A DNA stretch of 32,000 nt from Thermofilum pendens Hrk 5 (GTDB lineage Archaea; Thermoproteota; Thermoprotei; Thermofilales; Thermofilaceae): positions 1,200,001 through 1,232,000 of the forward strand of contig NC_008698.1 of the NCBI RefSeq assembly GCF_000015225.1. Direction: 5' to 3'. Shown piece after piece: positions 25,156 to 32,000 of this stretch (the first letter of the stretch is position 1; the number at the start of each line of letters is the position of its first letter). The translations under genes were made by a program, and so were the position numbers. The notes beneath the pieces were generated by a model. The model saw only the letters and a list, made by a program, of their open reading frames with translations. It was not told where the DNA came from and made no database searches.

Positions 25156-27243
25156 CTAGGCGGCTAAGAGCTCGTCGAGGGGTGGCTCGTAGAAGGCCTC
25201 GAAGCGCCTCCTTCTCCTGGCGACGGCTACAGCGACTAGAACGGTGGCTACGGCGGCTACGGCTACTAGGCGCGTGTAGTTCGGCGAGTAGGACACCGAC
25301 AGCGTTACGGGCGCGGTGACCAGTAGCCTTATCGAAGAGGCGTTCGGGTCCATGGTTACGAGCCCGCCGTACAGCGGCACGGGCTCCGCCTTCACCTCGA
25401 GCTGGGTGCCGGGCGCCAGGTACCTGCTGTACCTCTCCGTCCTCTCGCCGTTGACGAGCACCGGGTACTGGCTCGTAACGGTGACGAGGTAGTAGGGTTG
25501 CCAGGCTACCTCGACTGTTACCGGCGAGTCGACGCGGAACACCCCGCCGCTACTCAGGGGCGTGAACAGCGTCCCGTTCTCGAGCACTACCCGATCCGGG
25601 ACTTCGACGACTATGGAGGAGCCCGCGTCGAGCCACCCGGCGTAGCGCGTAGTCCTCGTACCGTTAACCGTTACGGGGAGGGGGCTGGAGACGACCACGA
25701 AGTGCTGAGCCTTGTAGCTCGACCTAACCTCGTAGTGCGTGAACCACGAGCTACTAGGAGTTATGGTCGGCGGGTCCTCGGTGAACCGCCCGTCCACGTA
25801 GTACCCTAAAAGCACGTACCTGGTGCGGTTGCCGTCGTACACGACGCTAGCCTTCTCGGCGAGCGTTACAGGGGAGTACACGTACCTGACGGAGCACTCC
25901 CCGGTCAACATGCTACAGTACCTGACGCTAGTCATCGGCAGGGCCGGTAGCCTCGGCCTCTCCGCGAGCTTAGCCGGGCTCAGCGCGCCTCTTTCCACGA
26001 CCGCGAAGCCGTCAGCGTACCGCACAGCCACGTTGGTAGCAGTCTCGTTTGTGCTCACGCCAAAGCTGTACAGATTCGGGAAAGGCGCCCAGCCGCCGCC
26101 CCTCCAGTAGGCAAGGGTGAGCCTCGCCTCCAGCTCGCTGAACGTAGCGTGCTCCGAGCAACAGAAACCGCAGAACACGAGCTCAACGTTCAGCGGGAGC
26201 CCACGCCCGTTCAGGTAGCTCGACGTAGCCACTATGCCGGCGCCTACGGCCGGCGGGTTAGTCCTTATGGTCACGTTGTCGTACCACGTTATAATCGCGG
26301 GCCTGTAGTCGCCGCTCTGAGCGGTGACGTAGCCGAAATCGACGTGTACAGCGCCGTTACTCGCGTAAGCCCTGACGACCAGGAAGCCTGCCAGGGGCAG
26401 GTCGCAGGGGCTGTAGGTGTACACGCACGCATAGTAGTACTCGTCCCTATCCCTGTACACACCACCGCAGCCGGATATCCTCTCGTCGCTTAGCAGGCTA
26501 AGCCGCCCCGTATTGTTCCAAATGTTGTTCCAAACCTGGTACATAATAGCCTTCTCCGTTTTGTTCTCGTACGAACGAGTACCCTCTATGCCGCCGACCA
26601 TGTTTTGAACCCAGTAGTACTGCTTCCTGCCGCCCGCCAAGGAAACCTCTACGACGGCGTTCAGCTGGAGGCTCCACGCGTCCGCCTCCGCGGCTCTACT
26701 GCTGTAGCTCTTAGCGGAGGCTGCGCTTACGTTGAAGAAGCCGAGAACCATGCTCGTATTCACCGCGACGTCCGGGTAGCTGGCAAGGCCCGCCGGCAAG
26801 CCGTAGTACCTAACGTAGACGTAGAGCCTCTCGTCCGAGTAGAAAAACACGTAGTACGAGCCGGGGCTATCTATCCTCAAGGAGACCACGCCGTAGCCTG
26901 GCACGCTAACCACCCTCAAAACCTCGATGTCACTACCCCCGCGCGCGAGGAAATGCTCACACTCCTCGGCAGTCGCCAGGTAAGCCACGGCCGGCCACGG
27001 CTGATGACTCACGAGCACGACGTACGCCGGCGCCGCGGAAACCCTAATGCTGTAGTAGCTTATCGAGCGAGGAAGCAGCGAAACCCTCTCGGCGCGCACG
27101 CATCGAGCTACGAGTAGAAGCAGGACTACCGCTACAAGCCCAACCCTAAACAACCAACGCGAAACCAGCAAACACCCCCACCTCGTGTGTATATCGACAC
27201 AAACCTCTGATTTTTGAACACATGGCGTTGCCAGCCCTACCAT
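25156..27243 (-). CDS. thermopsin-like (peptidase A5-like) surface protein with signal peptide and C-terminal TM anchor
   Basis: WSLQLNAVV...YYWVQNMVGG...VWNNIWNNTG resembles the thermopsin domain core. Many N-x-S/T sequons. C-terminal LVAVAAVATVLVAVAVARRRRR anchor. The coordinates give the maximal ORF; the true start is probably the TTG at 27171, because 27220-27252 looks like a CRISPR spacer. Confidence 0.55.
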   Translation of the reverse strand: MVGLATPCVQKSEVCVDIHTRWGCLLVSRWLFRVGLVAVVLLLLVARCVRAERVSLLPRSISYYSIRVSAAPAYVVLVSHQPWPAVAYLATAEECEHFLARGGSDIEVLRVVSVPGYGVVSLRIDSPGSYYVFFYSDERLYVYVRYYGLPAGLASYPDVAVNTSMVLGFFNVSAASAKSYSSRAAEADAWSLQLNAVVEVSLAGGRKQYYWVQNMVGGIEGTRSYENKTEKAIMYQVWNNIWNNTGRLSLLSDERISGCGGVYRDRDEYYYACVYTYSPCDLPLAGFLVVRAYASNGAVHVDFGYVTAQSGDYRPAIITWYDNVTIRTNPPAVGAGIVATSSYLNGRGLPLNVELVFCGFCCSEHATFSELEARLTLAYWRGGGWAPFPNLYSFGVSTNETATNVAVRYADGFAVVERGALSPAKLAERPRLPALPMTSVRYCSMLTGECSVRYVYSPVTLAEKASVVYDGNRTRYVLLGYYVDGRFTEDPPTITPSSSWFTHYEVRSSYKAQHFVVVSSPLPVTVNGTRTTRYAGWLDAGSSIVVEVPDRVVLENGTLFTPLSSGGVFRVDSPVTVEVAWQPYYLVTVTSQYPVLVNGERTERYSRYLAPGTQLEVKAEPVPLYGGLVTMDPNASSIRLLVTAPVTLSVSYSPNYTRLVAVAAVATVLVAVAVARRRRRFEAFYEPPLDELLAA
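27196..27219 (-). repeat. degenerate terminal CRISPR repeat of array 2
   Basis: CTGATTTTTGAAC (27207-27219) matches the distal half of the repeat (CTGATTTTGAAC) with one extra T, while the other half has decayed. It lies exactly 33 nt (spacer-sized) from repeat 27253. Confidence 0.5.
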
Positions 27244-27252
27244 CGCGGTTCG

Positions 27253-28098
27253 CTCTTAGTCTTGCTGATTTTGAACAGGGTGGCTTGATGGTGTGATCCA
27301 CAACCTTGCCTCTTAGTCTTGCTGATTTTGAACTAAGGACGTCGAGACTATGGAGCCACTCGCCTGTATCTCTTAGTCTTGCTGATTTTGAACTTGCACG
27401 GGGCGACCACGCCGATACCCGGTATGGCGACCACGGTTATTCTCTTAGTCTTGCTGATTTTGAACGCGACGCCGGGCGAGGCGATGTGGGCGCCGAAGGC
27501 GCTCTCTTAGTCTTGCTGATTTTGAACCGAGCTGGAGAGGCTTGCGATAATCGGGGCAATAAGCGATTTCTCTTAGTCTTGCTGATTTTGAACATGTAGC
27601 AGGCTACTGCGGAGTCGCGTCCGCCGCTAACTCTTAGTCTTGCTGATTTTGAACTCGCGAGATCCAAGACACTCAGAACTTGGTTCAAGCTTAATACTCT
27701 TAGTCTTGCTGATTTTGAACGGTGACGGGAAGCACAGGGTCTTCGAGTTCGTGGGCTTGCTCTTAGTCTTGCTGATTTTGAACGCGCATATGCGGGGGGA
27801 CGGAACCGACTAAACGTCTCTTAGTCTTGCTGATTTTGAACTTGAACGGAGCAGGCGGGGCGGGGTGAACCGGTAGGTTTTGGGCGCTCTTAGTCTTGCT
27901 GATTTTGAACGGCCCTCCAGAGGGAGGGCATACTGCCGCCTTAGCCAAGCTCCCTACTCTTAGTCTTGCTGATTTTGAACTCTGGCATGGTTGCTAGGGT
28001 AAGATCCGTTCCTCTTAGTCTTGCTGATTTTGAACTGAAGAACATAAACGAGGCTATACTAGGTACTAGCGCGCCTCTTAGTCTTGCTGATTTTGAAC
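27253..28098 (-). CRISPR. CRISPR array 2: 14 identical 24-nt repeats (plus strand CTCTTAGTCTTGCTGATTTTGAAC; transcribed form GTTCAAAATCAGCAAGACTAAGAG), 13 spacers (31-48 nt)
   Basis: Repeats start at 27253, 27310, 27370, 27442, 27504, 27570, 27631, 27697, 27760, 27818, 27887, 27957, 28012 and 28075. Minus orientation is inferred from the AT-rich leader and BRE/TATA on the right side and the degenerate repeat at the left end. The array itself is certain; its orientation is moderately supported. Confidence 0.95.
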
Positions 28099-28154
28099 TG
28101 AGGGGTTTGTGGGAGCCTTTTCCCGCAAATCCGGGTTTTATTTCTCTGTGGAGG

Positions 28155-28170
28155 TATAAAACGTTTTCTG
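28155..28170 (-). promoter_or_regulatory. BRE/TATA promoter of CRISPR array 2
   Basis: The minus strand reads AGAAAACG-TTTTATAC and closely resembles the array-1 promoter AGAAAAGG-ATTTATAG. It lies ~57 nt from the first repeat in the minus direction. Confidence 0.5.
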
Positions 28171-28278
28171 TTCCCTTCTTCCCATTGGGAACAAATCCCC
28201 GAAACACTTTTATAAATGACAGCGTCATATCAATTCGACGGGAAGACCCCTCAGAGGAAAAATTCCAGTAAAGCTTTT

Positions 28279-28306
28279 ACCCTTGACACTGTCAAGGGTT
28301 TATAAG
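28279..28306. promoter_or_regulatory. perfect palindrome abutting a TATA-like box
   Basis: ACCCTTGACA-C-TGTCAAGGGT (28279-28299, 10-bp arms) is followed directly by TTTATAAG (28299-28306), which is readable as a TATA box on either strand. Confidence 0.4.
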
Positions 28307-28515
28307 CCTTCCCAAGCGGGGGCTTTAAGGGTTGAAGCTGGGGCTGGGGAGGCTTGCCTGGAAGGTTTTGTCTGGTTCTACGTTGGTGAGGTTTGTTTGT
28401 TGCGTGTGGTGTGTTGTTGAATTGTTGTTGGCTGGCTTGGGGGTTGTGTTGTTTTTTCGTTGTTTTTCGGGTTACCGCGCAATCTATATTAGGATGCTTG
28501 TAACTATATTGTCGT

Positions 28516-28902
28516 ATGTCGGCGCCTCGTCTATCTGAGAAGGAGATTCTGGACTGGGGCGCTAGGATAGGCGTTTCGGCCCGCGTCGAGAACCTTAAGG
28601 GTTCTCAGATCGAGAACCTTATAGCCTCTCTGGACTCCTTCGAGGGCCGCGAGGCTTTGCTGGTTACCGCGGCTTTCGCTCAGAGGCAGGCGCAGAGGCT
28701 TGGGACTGGTAGGTCTACCGCGAGGCTCGTTACTCAGGCTTTGCTCGACGTCTACGAGAAGGGCGGGGGGAAGGAGGAGGCGAGGAAGCTTCTCGGGTTC
28801 GCGAAGTGGGTCTACGAGGCTACGGCGGGCTCTAGGCCCCACGTTAGGCCGGAGCAGGTGACGCTGGAGTCCCTGCTCAAAGCGATGGTGGGGGCTAGGT
28901 GA
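28516..28902 (+). CDS. cas11: type III CRISPR-Cas small subunit Cas11 (Csm2/Cmr5 family)
   Basis: 128-aa all-helical-looking protein directly upstream of RAMP genes. GSQIENLIASL and LLGFAKWVYEA resemble Csm2 conserved segments. A TCTATATTAG box lies ~35 nt upstream. Confidence 0.55.
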   Translation: MSAPRLSEKEILDWGARIGVSARVENLKGSQIENLIASLDSFEGREALLVTAAFAQRQAQRLGTGRSTARLVTQALLDVYEKGGGKEEARKLLGFAKWVYEATAGSRPHVRPEQVTLESLLKAMVGAR

Positions 28903-28908
28903 GCCTTC

Positions 28909-29622
28909 TTGCAGTACAACGACCTCGACAGGCTCGACCTCTTCACCAGGGTGACGGGGGTTCTCGAGAACCTCACGCCGCTGAGGGTGGGCGCTGGCAG
29001 GGAGGCTCAGCTCGGCTCCCCGGTCGACTTGGAGCCGTTGAGGGTTAGGCTCGGGGATAGGAGCGTCCCCTACATACCCGGTAGTAGCTTGAAGGGTGTG
29101 TTCAGGAGCCTGGCGGAGGCTATAGCGAGGGCTGAGGGGCACGTTATCCACGACCCGTGGGACTTCGAGGCGGCCGAGCAGGAGGCGCGGGACGGGAAGT
29201 ACTGCCTGATATGCGGCATATTCGGTAGCACGAGGCTGGCGAGCCACGTGAGGATCTACGACGCCTACCCGAAGGGGACTCCCACGCTGTTCATGAAGAC
29301 GGGCGTCGGGATTAACAGGGACTTCCGGGGGGCTCACCCGAACATCCTCTACACCGAGCGCCAGGTGGAGCCGGGGCACAGGTGGAGCTTCATGATGGAC
29401 ATCGTGAACATAAGGGTGTACCCGGAGCCCGGGGACGAGAGGGGCAGGATCCTGAGGAGGGTTCTCGACATGCTCGCCGAGGGGATGGTCCAGGTCGGCG
29501 CCAGGAAGACTGTGGGCTACGGGCTCCTCAGGCTAGTGGAGGGCGAGTACGTCGTGTACGGGGTTAGGGACGGCAGGCTCCAGCGCCTAGAGTCCGGGAA
29601 GATAGGGGGTGGTGCGGTTTGA
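28909..29622 (+). CDS. csm3: type III RAMP backbone subunit Cas7 (Csm3-like)
   Basis: LRVGAG...SPVD...VPYIPGSSLKGVFRS, CLICGIFGS, and the C-terminal G-rich loop VGARKTVGYG. TTG start with an AGGTGA SD 6 nt upstream. Confidence 0.8.
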   Translation: MQYNDLDRLDLFTRVTGVLENLTPLRVGAGREAQLGSPVDLEPLRVRLGDRSVPYIPGSSLKGVFRSLAEAIARAEGHVIHDPWDFEAAEQEARDGKYCLICGIFGSTRLASHVRIYDAYPKGTPTLFMKTGVGINRDFRGAHPNILYTERQVEPGHRWSFMMDIVNIRVYPEPGDERGRILRRVLDMLAEGMVQVGARKTVGYGLLRLVEGEYVVYGVRDGRLQRLESGKIGGGAV

Positions 29623-30542
29623 GCCAGGTCCCGTGGTCCTCGCACAGGGTCCTCCTCAGGGAGGCAGTCTTCAGGGGCTACCTCGTCGCCGAGTCTCCGC
29701 TGAGGGTGGGCGCTGGCAGGGAGGCGCCGCTGGGCTCCCCGGTGGACCTCTCGGTCCTCAGGGTTAGGCTTGGCGGTAAAAGCGTCCCCTACATACCCGG
29801 CAGTAGCCTGAAGGGTGTGTTCAGGAGCTTCTCCCAGTCCCTCGCAGTGGCGAAGGGGCTAAGCGTGTGCAGCGGGCTGAGCGGGGAGACGTGCATGGAC
29901 TACGAGGACCCGTCGCTGGGCGGCGAGAAGTTGCTGAGCTACTTGCAGGGGCTGATGAGGGAGGGGCACAGCCTGGAAGCCGTCAGGCTGTTCCACGAGA
30001 AGGCCTGCCTGATGTGCAAGGTCTTCGGCGCCCCCTCGTTCTCCGGGCACGTCGAGTTCAGCGACGCCTACCCCGTCGACGAGAAGGGGGGCGTCGTCGA
30101 CGTCTCCACCGGGGTGAGGACGGGCATAGCGATAAACAGGAGGACGGGCGCCGTCTACGAGAGGGCCCTCTACCAGGTCGAGTACGTCGAGCCGGGCGCG
30201 AGGTTCAGGTTCGAGGCTAGGACTACGAACCTCCCCAACTACGCGCTCGGGCTCCTCTCCGCCGTCATCAGGATGATGAACGAGGGCTGGGTCAGGGTGG
30301 GCGGCTTCAAGACGAGGGGCTTCGGAGAGGTGCGCGTGGAGGGCCTGGAGTTCGCGGCTAGGGGCGCGACTGTCCGCGGCTCGGTGCTGGTGAAGCTCGA
30401 CGACTACGACTCGGACGTCGACCTCTCGGGCCTCGCCGAGGCCAGGGACGGGTGGCTAAGGGCCTCCGGGGACTCCGCCTGGAAGGCGCTGGCTAAGCTC
30501 GAGGAGGTGTGGTCCAATGCAAGCTTCGGGAAGCGCGGTTAG
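29619..30542 (+). CDS. type III RAMP subunit, second Cas7 paralogue (Csm3/Csm5-like, with insertion)
   Basis: Same N-terminal block (LRVGAGREAPLGSPVD...VPYIPGSSLKGVFRS), CLMCKVFGA, VGGFKTRGFG. Its start overlaps the upstream stop. Confidence 0.75.
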   Translation: MSQVPWSSHRVLLREAVFRGYLVAESPLRVGAGREAPLGSPVDLSVLRVRLGGKSVPYIPGSSLKGVFRSFSQSLAVAKGLSVCSGLSGETCMDYEDPSLGGEKLLSYLQGLMREGHSLEAVRLFHEKACLMCKVFGAPSFSGHVEFSDAYPVDEKGGVVDVSTGVRTGIAINRRTGAVYERALYQVEYVEPGARFRFEARTTNLPNYALGLLSAVIRMMNEGWVRVGGFKTRGFGEVRVEGLEFAARGATVRGSVLVKLDDYDSDVDLSGLAEARDGWLRASGDSAWKALAKLEEVWSNASFGKRG

Positions 30543-31515
30543 AGTCGCGAGGCGGGCGCCGAGGAGCAGGAGCGTGCTCGAAGGGCTTGCGGGCCGCCTC
30601 GAGGTAGCGCTGGTCGCAGACAGCTACCTGCACGTGGGCTCCGGCGTCCAGCGCGTCTCCGTCCCAGTCGAGGAGGTCAGGTCCTCCGCATCCAGGGCTA
30701 GGACGAGGAGGGAGCTCGAGGACCTCGTAGCGAGGCTGTCGGGGAAAATCGAGCTCGACTACGCCCAGCCGGTCTACGCCGGGGGCAGGCTGGTGGTGCC
30801 GGGTAGCAGCGTCAAGGGGAACGTGAGGAGCAGGCTCGAGCTCAGCTTCAAGCCCAAGAACGGCGTGGCGAGGTCCTGCCTCATAAGGGCGACCGAGGGC
30901 CCGGTGGCCCCGCCGAAGAAGGGGGAGCAGGGCTGGAGGCACTTCAGGGTCTGGGAGGCCTCCCTCTCCTACCCCGGCAGGGAGGCCTGCGAGTACAGCG
31001 AGGACTCGCCCGAGGTCTGCCTGCTGTGCGACATCTTCGGCACCGCCGGCCTACAGGGGCTCGTCTACTTCGGGGACCTGGTCGCCGCGCGCGCCGAGAC
31101 GGAGCGCGTCGAGCTCTACGCGGGCGAGAAGCTCTTGGCGGTGAAGCCCGGCGGCAGGTTCGAGGGCGCCGTTACCTTCAGGAACCTCAAGCCGGCGGAG
31201 CTGGGGCTACTGCTCTACGGCATGGGCTTCAGGGACGGGAGGATGGGCAGGCAGGTCCTCCTCGGAAAGCACAAGTACAGCTCGCCCGGGGAGAGGTTCG
31301 GCGTCGTACACTTCGAGCTCGAAGGGCTGGCCCTCGCCCCGTTCTCCGAGAAGCTTGAGGTGGGCGGAGCGTCGCTCGCGCCGGGCTCCAGGGCTTCGGG
31401 CGCGGAGCTCGACCGCCTAGTCTCCGCCCTGGTGGGCGCGGCTAGGTCGGAGTTCGGGGACGAGTTGCTTGACGTAGACGAGGTGGGGGCGGTTGAGTCT
31501 CTCGCTGGAGCTTAG
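30517..31515 (+). CDS. type III RAMP subunit, third paralogue (Cas7-group; Csm5/Cmr6/Cmr1-like)
   Basis: LHVGSG...VVPGSSVKGNVRSRLE, CLLCDIFGT, and a glycine-rich GKHKYSSPGERFG. The ATG is preceded by a GAGGAGGTG SD (30501-30509). Confidence 0.65.
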   Translation: MQASGSAVRVARRAPRSRSVLEGLAGRLEVALVADSYLHVGSGVQRVSVPVEEVRSSASRARTRRELEDLVARLSGKIELDYAQPVYAGGRLVVPGSSVKGNVRSRLELSFKPKNGVARSCLIRATEGPVAPPKKGEQGWRHFRVWEASLSYPGREACEYSEDSPEVCLLCDIFGTAGLQGLVYFGDLVAARAETERVELYAGEKLLAVKPGGRFEGAVTFRNLKPAELGLLLYGMGFRDGRMGRQVLLGKHKYSSPGERFGVVHFELEGLALAPFSEKLEVGGASLAPGSRASGAELDRLVSALVGAARSEFGDELLDVDEVGAVESLAGA

Positions 31516-32000
31516 GGAGCCGTACCCCGTGTACAGGGCGTTCAGGGTCCCCGTCTGGGGGAGGTGCGGCCCGGTCAGCGTGAGGAGGGTCGAGCCGGGC
31601 GACGTGAAGGCCCTGGAGTGGTTCATCGGGGCGGCCAGGAGGCTGGCGGAGAGGCTCGCCGCGGAGGCCCGGGACGACTACGAGAAGCTGGAAGTCGTCG
31701 CGAACGTCGCCGCCGTGCTCCTCAAGGCCCCTCTCTCGCGGGAGCTCTCGCCCGTGCACCCGAGCCCTATGAAAGCCCAGGTGGCGCTCCTAGCCCTCCC
31801 CGACGCCCTCTTCAAGAGGTACTTCGGGCTGGTGAAGGGCGACGTCTACTCGATGCTCCGCGACGTCCTCGGGCTCGACCTGGGGGCCATGGGGCTCGGC
31901 GAGGTCTTCGGGCGCGAGGCCTACGAGAACGTGTACAGGCTGTGGGTAGCGTTCCCGGCTGACACGAGGCCCGGGTACAACACGTCGAGCCTAGCCGCCC
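31493..32000 (+). CDS. cas10: Cas10-like large subunit (Csm1/Cmr2 family), 5' part; continues beyond the window
   Basis: Open-ended ORF not in the supplied track (frame of 31493). TTG start preceded by a GAGGTG SD (31480-31485), with no stop to the window end. WVAFPADTRPGYNTSSL resembles the PADTR-P-x-H-S segment of the Cmr2/Cas10 N-terminal domain. Its position after the RAMP genes fits. Confidence 0.45.
   Translation, partial: MSLSLELREPYPVYRAFRVPVWGRCGPVSVRRVEPGDVKALEWFIGAARRLAERLAAEARDDYEKLEVVANVAAVLLKAPLSRELSPVHPSPMKAQVALLALPDALFKRYFGLVKGDVYSMLRDVLGLDLGAMGLGEVFGREAYENVYRLWVAFPADTRPGYNTSSLAA

Noticed and set aside
27306-28271. ORFs running through CRISPR array 2
   Set aside because: Repetitive peptides (LSLADFEL, KISKTK) are translations of the repeat.
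28332-28538. 68-aa hydrophobic ORF upstream of cas11
   Set aside because: It is a TTG-start ORF whose V/L/C/G/F/W content follows directly from the G+T-biased tract, and it overlaps the cas11 start. It is kept only as a low-probability small membrane peptide.
28531-29379. 282-aa minus-strand ORF
   Set aside because: It is antisense to cas11 and cas7, which have clear family motifs, and it has shadow-frame composition.
31564-31962. 132-aa plus-strand ORF from the track
   Set aside because: It is an Arg/Gly-rich wrong frame. The adjacent frame (31493 onward) is open to the window end, has an SD and gives protein-like, Cas10-like sequence.

Overview
GC-rich archaeal chromosomal segment. It looks crenarchaeal and probably hyperthermophilic: BRE/TATA promoters close to start codons, GAGGTG-type ribosome-binding sites inside operons, AGG/AGA arginine codons, an archaeal-type PEP carboxylase, a thermopsin-like protein, and a CRISPR repeat ending in ATTGAAAG. 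Region 1-15.8 kb is mostly housekeeping and surface genes: ppcA, a membrane protein, an Arch_ATPase, a TtuA-like tRNA thiolase, two large secreted proteins, an MBL-fold protein and an ABC transporter pair. It also holds a stand-alone CARF/HEPN Csx1 (DxTHG) gene and a well-formed C/D box sRNA candidate. Region 15.8-19 kb is a small accessory island: a DUF3883-like nuclease domain, a heptad-repeat membrane protein, an orphan minimal nucleotidyltransferase, a PLD-like protein with an altered HKD motif, and a stand-alone DUF5591/ArcS-like protein. Region 19.1-28.3 kb holds two CRISPR arrays with unrelated repeats (12 x 25 nt and 14 x 24 nt). Their promoters and leaders face outward and their trailer ends converge on about 7 kb of cargo. 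The cargo comprises a thermopsin-like surface protein, an 870-aa protein with about 24 ankyrin repeats, an ORF-free 78-82% G+C segment of about 730 nt that has its own BRE/TATA and many perfect hairpins (candidate large structured RNA), two small overlapping ORFs of unknown function, and decayed fragments. Region 28.5-32 kb begins a type III CRISPR-Cas effector operon: cas11, three Cas7-type RAMP genes, and an open-ended cas10-like ORF that is absent from the supplied track. No cas1, cas2, cas4 or cas6 is visible in the window.
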